This document shows positions 1-11,170 of a stretch of DNA of 64,000 bases, one piece after another (the first letter of the stretch is position 1; every line of letters starts with the position of its first letter). Where the stretch lies: assembly GCA_951406725.2 (NCBI GenBank), contig OX597818.1, positions 108,934,001 to 108,998,000 on the forward strand. The letters run 5' to 3'. Both the position numbers and the translations under genes were made by a program. The notes under the pieces were generated by a model, which saw only the letters and a list, made by a program, of their open reading frames with translations, searched no databases and was not told the origin of the DNA. The DNA comes from Octopus vulgaris. Lineage: Eukaryota.

Positions 1-287
1 AGAAACCGAATCAATTACCAGAAAGGAAAAGTTATCAGCAAACTATCTACTTAAAACTAGGAATCCACATCCAAAGAACTAGACTTATCAAGATGGCTAT
101 TGATTTCTGAACAATGGACATCGATAATGGTGGAGGTGGTAGGATGATGATGATGATGATAGTAATGGCGAACAGAGGTAATGTTAAGGAAACAGTCTTC
201 CAAAAATCTGCTTGTTCTATAGTTTGTCATATTTCATTGTATTCAGACGCACAGAGATAATAATTTCACATTATTTCACTGTAGCCA

Positions 288-373
288 TTAGTAGTCATGA
301 TGTCGAAGCAAATCAGATATCGATCTTTTTGGCCATTGGGTCATTAGTCTGTATTCCAACGCTGGTCTGCGTC
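288..373 (-). other. Speculative coding exon of a minus-strand small ORF/uORF
   Basis: Minus-strand acceptor ttcattgttttgatcag|GA at 374/373; phase-1 reading (G)RRPALEYRLMTQWPKRSISDLLRHHDY* ends at TAA 288-290; region is TE-free. No homology recognised. Confidence 0.2.
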
Positions 374-1207
374 CTGATCAAAACAATGAACTTTTCCTGC
401 TCTAATAGTTACTTATGCAGTAAAGATAGTAACAGAGCCAGCAAACTAAAAACGAAGAACTAGTTTTGTACATTCCAAAGGTAAGATGAAATCCTCTTGA
501 AAAACAATCAATAAACCCCCACCAAACACCAACCCCACCACCACCAACATTGTTTAGTTTGCTAGAAAAATCATGAATGTCAAATTCACACGACCTCTTC
601 TCAATAATGCTTGCATAAAAAATTCATCATAATCAACACCATCAACACTATTGGATATTTGATTACATGGCTGTAGCCTCATACTTCATTGCAATCATTG
701 CTTTGTTTTCTGGAAGCTTTTCACCTAAATAAGGAATTATCATCACTGTTGTCTTCATCATCTGTCGTCACCAGCAGCAGCAGTCGCAGCAGCAGAAAGG
801 GAATCTCGACACAGTCACAAAATCTGCTCAGTAGACCAGACAAATTTAACACTACTAACAAACCTTTGATCATTTTAAGCTCCTATATTCTGAGTTCTAA
901 AATGAATGCCAGAGCACCAGATATCTCATCACAGTGATTAAATGCATGGCTCAGTTCAAAAGCAGGTGAAACCAAAGCTGATTGACACTTTAAAAAGAAG
1001 AAGAAAAAAAGCAGAAAACACACCATTGTTTTTTTTCTTTTTTATACAAATAGTCAAAGAGATTAAAAAGATCTTAGTAAGCTTATTGTAGACTGAAATA
1101 ATTTATAGACTGTAAAGCTTTCAGCTGTAACTATGGCAGAAAATATAAATATATAAGCATTCATATGTTTCACTATTTACTCTATTAACAGCTAATATTT
1201 TCTGATA

Positions 1208-1460
1208 CAGGTATGGTTATGTGGTAAGATATTTGCTTCCCAACCACATGGTTCCAGGTTCAGTCCCACGGAGTGTGGGCAGACCAAATCCTTGTGAGTG
1301 GATTTGGTAGATGGAAACTGAAAGAAGCCCATCATATATTTACATATATCGTTGTGCCTGTTTTTGTCCTCTGCCACTGCTTGACAATGGGTGTTAGTGT
1401 GTTTATGTCCCCGTAATTTAGCGGTCCAGCAAAGGATAGCAGCAGAATAAGTACCAGGCC
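1208..1460 (+). mobile_element. tRNA-derived SINE, family A (internally deleted)
   Basis: A-box-like TGGTTATGTGGTAAG, B-box GGTTCAGTCCC, shared body GTGAGTGGATTTGGTAGATGGAAACTGAAAGAAGCCC repeated many times in the window. Confidence 0.85.
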
Positions 1461-1464
1461 AAAA

Positions 1465-1678
1465 GAATTTCAGATTTTTGCAACAAGGGCAGCTTAGCAG
1501 AGGTGGGGATGAGTCAATTACATTGACCCCAGAGTTCAACTGGTACTTATTTTGTCGACCCCCCTAAAGGATGAAAGCAAAGTCAACCTTAGCAGAATTC
1601 GAACTCAGAATATAGTGACTGGTGAAATACAGCTAAGCATTTCATCCAGTGTGCTAACGATTTTGCCAGCTCACCACC

Positions 1679-1680
<2 letters not shown>
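1465..1680 (-). mobile_element. tRNA-derived SINE, family B
   Basis: Reverse strand GGTGAGCTGGCAAAATCGTTAGCAC...TTCTGAGTTCGAATTC...CTTTCATCCTTTAGGGGGTCGAC; matches the copy at 26287-26526. Confidence 0.85.

Positions 1681-1737
<57 letters not shown>
1681..1737 (+). repeat. (AAT)n microsatellite
   Basis: About 19 perfect AAT units. Confidence 0.98.
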
Positions 1738-1738
<1 letters not shown>

Positions 1739-2232
1739 TAAGGCTATGCAGGAGGATGGAAAAGTAACGATACTCTGGGACTATGATTTTGAAACGGATC
1801 GTGTAATCAAACACCGTTGGCCAGATATTGTCATACTGAATAAAAGAGACAAATACTGTCAGATCATTGATGTAGCCATACCAAATGACATGAATGTTGT
1901 GAGTAAAGAGGTTGAAAAAAATCACCAAGTACTCCCGAATTGAAAGTGGAAGTGGTAAGACTGTATGGAATGCAAGAGGGTAATGTACAAGTGATACCAG
2001 TGGTGATTGGAGTCTTGCGCTCAATCCCATTGAAACTTCAAAACTTCCTAAGACAACTGGAAATCCCATGCAAGATTGATGTCTTGCAAAAAGCAACCTT
2101 ATTGCACACAGCGCACATCTAAAGGAAAGTGTTATCTGTCTGAGGTCATTGTTGTCACTTGGCAGATGACTAAAGACTAAGGTGCATTGTTACCTACATT
2201 GTGTTACGAAGGAATAATAATAATAATAATAA
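1738..2232 (+). mobile_element. 3' end of R4/Dong-clade non-LTR retrotransposon (restriction-like endonuclease domain), frameshifted
   Basis: ORFs 1746-1943 and 1940-2122 join to ILWDYDFETDRVIKHRWPDIVILNK...IIDVAIPND...KEVEK/KY..LKVEV...VIPVVIG...LQKATLLHTAHI, the PD-(D/E)xK RLE signature; followed by a short 3' UTR and an (AAT)n tail. Confidence 0.85.
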
Positions 2233-2310
2233 TGATGATAATATGCATGCAAGACTCCAGGAGCTCCAACAAAACCTGTGATAAAAAGATAATAATAATA
2301 ATAATAATAA

Positions 2311-3170
2311 TCATCATCATCATCATCGTTTAACGTCCGCTTTCCATGCTAGCATGGGTTGGACGGTTCAACTGGGGTCTGGGAAGCCCGAAGGCTGCAC
2401 CAGGCCAGTCAGATGTGGCAGTGTTTCTACAGCTGGATGCCCTTCCTAACGCCAACCACTCCGAGAGTGTAGTGGGTGATTTTATGTGCCACCGACACAG
2501 GTGCCAGACGAGGCTGGCAGACGGCCACGCTCGGATGGTGTTTTTTATGTGCCACCGACACAGGTGCCAGACGAGGCTGGCAGACGGCCACGCTCGGATG
2601 GTGTTTTCTTATGTGTCACCGACACAGGTGCCAGACGAGGCTGGCGGACGGCCACGCTCGGATGGTGTTTGTTACGTGCCCTCAGCACGGAGGCCAGTCA
2701 TTGCGGTACTGGCTACGGTCACGTTCGGATGGTTTTCTTATGTGCCACCGGCACTGGTAATTTCCACAAGGATACAAATTCCATTGATGTTCATCTATTT
2801 TGATTTGGTTCGATTTGATTCGATACGATTCGATTCTCACTTGCCTCAACAGGTCTTCACAAGTGTCACAAGAAGGAAGGTATGCACAGGTGGACTGACT
2901 ACGTCCCAGGTAGGGGCCACGGATTATGGCTTCACTAGTCTTGCCGGGTCTTCTCACGCACAGCATACTTCCATAGGTCTCGGTCTCTAGTCATTTCCAT
3001 GGTGAGACCTAACGTCCGAAGGTCGTGCTTCACCACCTCGTCCCAGGTTTTCCTGGGTCTACCTCTTCCACGGGTTCCCTCAACTGCTAGGGATTGGCAC
3101 TTTCTCACACACCTATCTTCATCCATTCTCGCCACATGACCATACCAGCGCAATCGTCTCTCTTGCACAC
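2311..3170 (-). mobile_element. RTE-clade LINE, 5'-truncated (ORF C-terminus + 3' UTR + (GAT)n tail)
   Basis: ORF 2935-3168 QERRLRWYGHVARMDEDRCVRK...GRGRPRKTWDEVVKHDL; 3' terminus CATGGAAAGCGGACGTTAAACGATGATG. Confidence 0.93.
2482..2757. repeat. ~63-64 bp tandem minisatellite within the RTE 3' UTR
   Basis: Three near-identical units ttatgtgccaccgacacaggtgccagacgaggctggcagacggccacgctcggatggtgttt, then one diverged unit and a partial unit. Confidence 0.92.
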
Positions 3171-3203
3171 AACAACAATAATAATAATGATAATAATAAT
3201 AAT

Positions 3204-3775
3204 AAATGCCCTGATGCAGTACCAGGCAGTGGCTCTCATGGCTTCTGATCTTAACTGATTGGAAGTGTTATCATGTACATTGTTTTATCTTGGTATAAAA
3301 GATGGGCTACAGCAAATATTCTGCTCAATACCACAGATTTGCTTGTCAGTTGTTTGACCTTAACCAGTTTAGCATGTCCCTTAGTGGCTGACGGTATGTA
3401 CATCTCTGATCACATGCAGAAGTAGTGGGGGAGCATCATAGCCATGTGTTGAGAGGGATTCTTTGGGGTTTGAATAATTCACCTCTGGAAACATGGGTGT
3501 TTCGTTCAACATCCTTAAACAACCCTTATTCAGGGACCTTTTGAGCGGGATGGGTTACTTGACCAGAAGAAAATTGTAACTGGGCCCTACCTGCAAGGTC
3601 ATATGCTGTTTATCTTGACATGGGATCACCATGTCGCGCACATATGATTGTAATGCATGTGCCTGGTGTACCCTTAACAGACAGGTAGCCATGATGGGTA
3701 TACTGGGCTTCGTATATTTTATCCCCAGTGTCACTTTGATGGCATGCACTGCTCCCTCACTCAATAATAATAATA
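3204..3775. mobile_element. ~560 bp non-coding interspersed element embedded in (AAT)n, probable non-autonomous retroelement
   Basis: Higher-GC block with sharp boundaries, flanked on both sides by AAT repeats (about 3177-3204 and 3763-3775); no ORF, no tRNA head seen. Confidence 0.55.
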
Positions 3776-4127
3776 AGTGCTCAAGTCCATTCATTTGACT
3801 AAAGATTCTTCAAGGTGGTATACCTTAGCATGATTGAAACAAGTAAAAGGAAAATGAAGAGTAGGAGTGGTGAAACACAGGTTTACTTCAGAGTGAGGAG
3901 AGAAAGAAAAAAAGGAAAGAAAGGCAGAAAGTAAGTGAAAAAGATGTTTAGGACAAGAATTGAGTAATAATTTTTATCAAGATAGGGAAGAGCTGTTAAG
4001 TTTATTACGTTCACATAGTTTGTAGATTCTCAAAAGATAAATATTTAGTTTATTGAGATTAAGTATTAACTGTTAAGTGTGATGGATAAGTAAGAGGAAA
4101 GAAAAAGGGCTGGCAATTGTAAATGGA

Positions 4128-4283
4128 TCATCATCATCATCATCGTTTAACGTCCACTTCCCATGCTGGCATGGGTTGGACGATTTGACTGAGGTCTGGC
4201 GAACCAGATGGCTGCACCAGATTCCAATTTGATCTGGCAGAGTTTCTACAGCTGGATGCCCTTCCTAACGCCAACCACTCCGT
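4128..4283 (-). mobile_element. RTE LINE extreme 3' fragment
   Basis: Same terminal ~150 bp and (GAT)n tail as 2311-2470. Confidence 0.88.
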
Positions 4284-4284
4284 T

Positions 4285-4378
4285 TGTAAGATACAAATTT
4301 AAATGTAATAAAATGTTTCAAAAGGAATTTAAAGTGCTTACATGATAACTGTAAACCTACTTTTGAGCCACCCTGTAT
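4285..4378. mobile_element. Solo Tc1/mariner-type terminus remnant
   Basis: Ends ACTTTTGAGCCACCCTG-TA, i.e. a TA-CAGGGTGGCTCAAAAGT type TIR; partner end not found. Confidence 0.4.
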
Positions 4379-4385
4379 ATATATA

Positions 4386-4550
4386 TTTCTTCACTACCTA
4401 CAAGGGGCTAAACACAGAAGGGACAAACAAGGACAGACGAACGGATTAAGTCAATTACATTGACCCCAGTGCATAAGTGGTACTTAATTTATCGAGCCCG
4501 AAAAGATGAAAGGTAAAGTCGACCTCGGCGGAATTTGAACTCAGAATGTA
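4386..4550 (-). mobile_element. SINE family B, 5'-truncated
   Basis: Reverse complement of the body and tail of 26360-26520. Confidence 0.85.
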
Positions 4551-4617
4551 CCTGTATATATATATATATATATATATAGACAGAGAGAGAGAGATACTCA
4601 CATATACATACACATAG

Positions 4618-4654
<37 letters not shown>

Positions 4655-4711
4655 GAATATAACTAAATATATTCAGAAGCTGAACAGAGGCACAAGCATT
4701 ATATATAGAGA

Positions 4712-4934
4712 CAAGGTGGTGACCTGGCAAAATCATCCGCACAACATGCAAAATGCCTCACAGCATTTCATCCATCTTTACTTACAGAGTTCAAATGCTG
4801 CTGGGGGCTGACTTTGCCTTTCATCCTTTTGGGGGTCAATAAAATAAGCACTAGATGAGCACTGGGGTCAATCTAATTGACTTAACACCTGTCCTCAAGA
4901 AATTGCTGGCCTTGTGCCAAAATTTGAAACCATT
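4712..4934 (+). mobile_element. SINE family B (diverged)
   Basis: GGTGACCTGGCAAAATC...GAGTTCAAAT...CTTTGCCTTTCATCCTTTTGGGGGTCAATAAAATAAG...GGCCTTGTGCCAAAATTTGAAAC. Confidence 0.82.
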
Positions 4935-7598
4935 ATAAATATAGACGAATAAATTTGTGTGTCTGAGTGCACATGGACACATATACGTGGCAGAGATTTG
5001 TTCAAAGGTCAGGAATGTAGTAGCGAGGGTGGGGTGGGGGGTGTTATTTAAAGTGATGTATTTGATTGGGGAATAATTACAGAAGCAAATTATTTATCAT
5101 CAATAATAAATAACGAATGAATGAGCTGGGAAAATGGTGAGTGAATAGACAAAAGGAAGAAGAAGAGGCAGAGGATCATGTCAGATAATACAACTTACTG
5201 ATAACTATTTGCATTTTATATATTATATTTCTCACTGTTATTTATTTATTGAGAGAGAGAGAGAGAGGAGGAGAGAGAGAGCAAGTACTGTTCAAGAAGT
5301 ACTGCAGTACTTAGGAGCGACTCTCTACGTTCTGGGTTCATGTCTCACCCTGGTCAAATTCATTTCTCATCTAGTATCGAGTAGAAATGATGATAAAGTT
5401 GAGAGAGATTTTTTTATTTTGTCCCCACTTGTGTCTTTGAGTGAGAAATCATTGTTATTGTTATTTAATAAACATGATACAGGGAGGAAGAGGAGAGAGA
5501 GAGAATGGGGTTGGGGTAGTGAGTGGTTAGTTAAGTAAAGATTAAGTAGGAGCTGGCAGGTACTTTGGTAGGGACCAGAAAAAAAAAGGGGGGGGGAATA
5601 GAAAAAGATTTTGTGCCAAGCAATATATTTTACTAATAACATGTGAAGCATTTGGAATAATGATTTCTTGAGAGAGCAAGAGAAAGAAAGAGAGAGAGAG
5701 AGAAAGAGAAGCAGAGTGCATGTGTGTGTGTGTGTGTGCGCATGAGTGCATAGAGAAAGTACAAGTGAGTAGGAGGAGAAATGAGAAAGCAGAGAGAGAG
5801 AGAGAGAGAGAGAATCGCAGAGAAGGAGGTAAGGTTGAGAGAAGTATTATTTAAAATGATTCACTATACATGTTAACTACTGTTGTAATAGAACATATAA
5901 GATGGCAGTGGGGTGGAGGGAAGTGCAGAGAGGCAATAGATCATTAGGTAAAGGAAAAGTTACAGCTCAACAAATCTCTCCTCTTAGTAGAGGTACCTAG
6001 TTATTTTGACCCCATGAGCTGTCACCACTACTTTTAACCAGTGAACTGAAATAGAAAACTCAACAAAAGAGAATAAATGTTAAAAACGAAAGCCAGATTA
6101 TGGGCTTTCACAAGAATTATGTGGCATTACCAGTGAAGCACATTTCTACCTTGTAAAATAACTTTTTTTAAAGATCAATCTAGAAGTTAATAATTACATC
6201 TCAGAAATTCGTCCTCTTCTGTTTTATTTTGTTTCCATCCTGATTGCTCTGCTTATTCATGTTTTCTTTTCTTCTCAATTTTTCTCATTAAAATGAGAAT
6301 ACATGGGAGAGAAGAGAGGAAAAAAATATATATAAAACCTAGTCCCAGATGGGTTATTAAGAAATCTCACATAAACAAAATTAACTAAATTCTGAGTTCG
6401 TTATGTTGTCATTTTCAAGTTTAATTAGCCCTCTACAACTTGGCTTCCTTGCAATTAAGATTGTTTTCCTGTAATTTCCTTTCCCAGAACATATTTTTTT
6501 TGTCTATTTTCATTTTTTTTGTTTGCTTTTCTTCTTTTTTGCACCCTTCTCCTGTATTTTTGTTTCAGAGAAAGTGCAAAGAGCAAAAGTCTTAATACAT
6601 GAGGAAAGAGAGAGAGAGGCAGTGGTCCTGAAAGAAGTTCAGTTTTATCAGAAGTAAATAGCAAAAACAGAATAATAATAATAAAAAAGAAGCAGAAATG
6701 GATAGATGGCGACCAGAGCTGGTTTCAACAAGCACATGCAATTATAGCTTAAAATTGAAATGTACATGGCCCTTGGCTTAAAAATCAGCCTGGCACTCTA
6801 CAAATTGGTTTTCTAATAGTAAAAAGAAAAAAAAAAGCAGGAAAAATAACACTACCTCCCCACGCATTAAAAAACAAAACAAATTTTAAATAAATAAAAG
6901 AAGAAAAACAGCAACTCAACAGGCAACACTTTTTCATTATCCGTATGAAAGTTTGGAGTTTCAATTATATACAAGGCAATCTCCTCCCATCTAGAAATGA
7001 AATCATGATCATTACATGTCTGAGAATTCTTACTAATGAAGCAGTGGTGGTGGGAGGGATGGTGGTGGTGGTGGGAGGTGGATTAGACCCAACACACACA
7101 CACACACACACACATACACAAACACACACACACACACACAAAATGCATAGTAAAAGGAATCTGAAGTTTTCCGAATGTCACGGATTAGAAAATATTAAAT
7201 ACCACACATAATTGAGAATTTTTTTTTCATAATAATTATTTTATTTTTATCATATTTTTTCTATTTCCTTGTTGATTTGTTTCTAACTCTTTGAGGAGGA
7301 ACTACATTTTTTTTTTGTACATCCATAAATGAATAAGATTTTATTGATATAACCACCTGTAAACATGAATAAGCAAATTATTCCATAAAGATCATTCAGT
7401 GGTGATTACCGTACCAGTACTACTGTACCAAATGTACAAAACCACAAGCATGCATATCTATGCATTTATCAGTCTATTGATACCTGCATTCACATGCACC
7501 TACTTACACACAATCAAACAGATGAAATGACATAATCGTGAAGAAGCGATTTTAAAATAAATATCTGTATTTGACAGCAGACTCTGAGAGATATTTCA

Positions 7599-8717
7599 TA
7601 TGAGGGTCAGCTAAAAAGTTTGTAGGCTGATTAAGATACTCTCATGGAATTTGACTTAACGAGGTCTCTTTTTCAACATCGATCCCTTTGTAGTCCACAC
7701 ATTTCTTCCACCAATATTGCAGTGCTTAGATCCCATTGGTGAAGTAGCTTTCATCCTGTTGGTCAAAAGAGTTATCAGCAGCAGATATGATGTCATCACT
7801 GCGATACTGGTTCCCATCCAAGTTTTTCCTTATATTGGGGGAACAGATGATAGTCAGATGGGGCCAAATCAGGAGAATAGAGAGACTGACCAACTAGTTG
7901 AAAGCTAGCCATGCACAGCAGTCATTGAAACCAAGAACTTGTGTGTTGAAGCTTTGTCCTGAAGTGGGTGGGGGGGCCCTTTCGTCAGTTTTCCTTGGCT
8001 TTGATAACAGTTCATAACTGCTTCAGAAAGTTAGCATAATACTCTCCATTGATGGTGTGGCCATTTTGAAAATACCTTTTGCATCCTAAAATAACTGAGG
8101 CCACCACCTTGACCTTCTTTGCAGCAGGCATGTAAGGGTGTTTCCAGTGCATGGATTGTCTCTTTGTCTCCAGTTCAATGTGGTGAACCCAACATTCCTA
8201 CTGGGTTAGGAAACGTTGAAGGAGGCCAGCTAGATCTGCTTGAAACAATGTCAGATTTTCCCATGGTGTGACCAGCCTGGTATACTTTTGATAGAGTTTC
8301 AGAACACATGGCACCCACCGAGTAGAACCATTCATTATGCCAAGTTCATTGTGCAGAATACTCTCAACTCTCTCTCACAGGATATGCTCAAAGCATTGGC
8401 TATGTGATTTATAGTCAATTGCATGTCATCCATCTCCATGTGGTGAAGATGATCAATGTTTTCCTCAATGGTGGCAGTTGCTGGACATTCAAGCCTTAAG
8501 TCATCTTCAACACTCTCCCTTCGCAGCTGCCTACTTTTGCACCACCATTCATAAAGCTGGAGCATTGTCCCCTAATGTAGCAACCATGTCAGCATGAATG
8601 TCCTTTGGGGCTAAACTTTTTTCTGCAGGTACTTAATAAGACCAAGATGCCAAATTTCAAAGCTCTAGCATTTCTCCTTTTAAAGTCAGCCACTGAACTG
8701 TTCAGCCCACCCTCGCA
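7599..8717 (-). mobile_element. Decayed mariner DNA transposon
   Basis: Imperfect TIRs TATGAGGGTCAGCTAAAAAGTTTGTAGGCTGA and reverse GCGAGGGTGGGCTGAACAGTTCAGTGGCTGAC; ORF 8335-8565 RESVEDDLRLECPATATIEENID...LTINHIANALSISCER (mariner HTH); C-terminus WKKCVDYKGIDVEK near 7670-7712. Confidence 0.88.
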
Positions 8718-9284
8718 CATGGGGCCAAGCACAGACAGTTGCTAGAGACAAGTTCAATTAACACTGAATAATTAAAGCTCTATTTCCTCAAACCCATTTG
8801 GGTCTTTCATCCCCCTCTCTTTCTTTCTTTTAGTTAACCCCCGCACCCCATGTTCAACTCATTTTTTTTTTACCTATCACTGAAATATTACACCTGTGCA
8901 ACAAAGAATGGCATTGGATCTGTCAGCATTGACCCTGTAATGTGTTTGGCATTAGGAAAGCCATGCCAAATTGGAATGAATGTATCACTTCCTGGTTTAA
9001 GAAGACAGTAACTCCAAATAAGAACTGACTCAAACTGTGGTGTGACCCAGCTAACCCATGCTATAATGGATATGTGGACATAAAATGAGAATGATAATGT
9101 GTGTGTGTGTGTGTGTGTAAATGAATACTGGTGTAAATAAGGGTAAAATATCTTAAAATATTGACAAAGAGAGGGAGAACTCTTTAAAAGGAACACAGTA
9201 CATGAAATCAGTGACTCAATATGATGCTCCAAACACTGCCACAGCCTAATGACATACGCTACTATAAATAATATATATCGAAAA

Positions 9285-9432
9285 AACATTTTGTTTCGGC
9301 ATATCTGGCATTAGAATTTTTCTTCTGCCCTTATCTTGTAAATTATGTATAAATTTTACCTTTAAAGGCATTTTTCGATATGCTGGCTTGATAAAATTTT
9401 TTCCCGAAAAAAATTTTATCCTATATTAATTA
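9285..9432 (+). mobile_element. Solo arm fragment of the foldback/MITE family at 60275-60948
   Basis: ggcattagaattttt...cctttaaagg...gatatgctggc...aaaattttatcct aligns with 60810-60945. Confidence 0.75.
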
Positions 9433-10538
9433 TATGTATATATATATGAGTGAATATAACTTAGTTGCAAAATGTTTCTTCAGTTTTATTTCTTCCTCCT
9501 AATTTCACAAACCATTGCACTAAAGTCGCATGATCGTAGGTTGCCGGAGATGCACATGTGCACTCTCTTGTTTCCACAGATATAGCTGTTATTTCTTTTC
9601 CCAGCAACATGTGCTAAAGCCACAACTGTTAGTTCAGGTGATTGACTTAACACTGATGCATTAAATATGGTTTTGATATTTGGGAAATTAAAACCACCGT
9701 TAACGAGAGGGTGTGCTGTGACCCCAAACACAATACTCATTCGTTCATAAAAAATCAACGTGCTCTCAGACACTCACACAAACAAAATAACATACAAAAT
9801 GCAGAACGTAGAGAAACATAATTTAGTCCTCACGAATAAATAAATAAACTATACAACCAAGACACAAGAAAACAACTCCAATATGGCCAATACATGTTGA
9901 AGTCAGTTCGATAATAATCCTGTTAAAAGTTTAGCTAATTTCCTAACAGAATCTATTTCCTGCCATTAAATTTTGGCAGCTTTTAACTTTTCTATTTTAA
10001 TTCATTCTTGTAGATGTTGTGAAACACAATAAGAGATTTGGTGTTTTTACTTACTATTGATTCTCAAATTGCTTCTTCTTAATACAACAACACTTATCTC
10101 AAATGATCAGCTCCTTTACATAATGATAACTTTGTTTCATTTAATTGATTAAAATCAGTTTCTATGCCAGATTCCAATTTTACCAATTTTTGTTTTCTTT
10201 ATTCAATTATTTATTTCTTAGTTAGCTAGCCATTTTATATTTAACACACAAACACACATATTTTCTAAATATTTGGATAAATAATTCAATAATTCTTACA
10301 GTTAACTCATTTCATTATTAGATTCCATTTCCTTTCATTCTTGTCTTTATTCAGTTTTCAATTTAATTTTGTTTTAAAATATTTTTCCATCCATTTTCCT
10401 AAAGAAACATGGATTGTTTGGTTCTACAAATTTAACAGTTTCCCACTGAATATGGCAGATGGGGATTGATCGCTGTGTATGTCTGCATACCTATGTGCAT
10501 GTGAGTACAGTTGTGCATTAGTGTGCACATGAATTTAA

Positions 10539-10741
10539 CCCCTTAGCATTCAGACTAGTTTCAATTCCAAATATCTTACTTGTTCTGTCTTAAAACCAGC
10601 TACATCTGACTTCTCACACCTACCCTACAATGTCATTAAAAAAATAAGCAATCACAAAGCTATAAGATATCACATGATTAATTTAAAATTTTGTGAATAT
10701 GTAAGTGTTATATTTGGCAGAATAAGGTGAATGCTAAAGGG
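10539..10741. mobile_element. piggyBac-type MITE (203 bp)
   Basis: TTAA at 10535-10538 and 10742-10745; TIRs CCCCTTAGCATTCA / TGAATGCTAAAGGG. Confidence 0.82.
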
Positions 10742-10787
10742 TTAAGCTACCACACAGGGAAAACAATAAACTGTTCTGTTTTATGTA

Positions 10788-11170
10788 AGAAATTCTCTGT
10801 TTACCAACCACATGGTTCTGGGTTCAGTCCCACTGTGTGACACCTTGGGCAAGTGTCTTCTACTATAGTCTCTGGCTGACCAAAACCTTGTTAGTGGATT
10901 TGGTAGATGGAAACTGAAAGAAGCCCGCCGTGTATATGCATATGCATGTGTGTGTATATGTTTGTGTGTCTCAGTTTCTCCCCGCCAACATTACTTGACA
11001 ACCAATGCTGGTGTGTTTATGTCCCTGTAACTTAGCAGTTCAGCAAAAAAGACCGATAGAATAGGTACTAGGCTTACAAAGAATAAGTCCCGTGGTCGAT
11101 TTGCTCAACTAAAAGGCGGTGCTCCAGCATGGCCACAGTCAAATGGCTGAAACAAGTAAAAGAATAAAAG
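10788..11170 (+). mobile_element. SINE family A, near full length
   Basis: B-box GGTTCAGTCCC, CCTTGGGCAAGTGTCTTC, internal (TG/TA) tract, 3' GGCGGTGCTCCAGCATGGCC...GAAACAAGTAAAAGAATAAAAG. Confidence 0.9.

Noticed and set aside
212-486. Plus-strand ORF 212-463 and donor AAG|GTAAGA at 480/481
   Set aside because: No recognisable protein, and no downstream plus-strand exon could be linked.
1671-2096. Hydrophobic 141-aa ORF
   Set aside because: Antisense of the R4/Dong fragment plus poly-Leu from the AAT repeat.
2482-2757. CRISPR-like array
   Set aside because: Head-to-tail units with no unique spacers, inside an RTE 3' UTR, eukaryotic context, no cas genes.
9486-9773. 95-aa minus-strand ORF
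   Set aside because: No motif or family recognised; length is compatible with chance.
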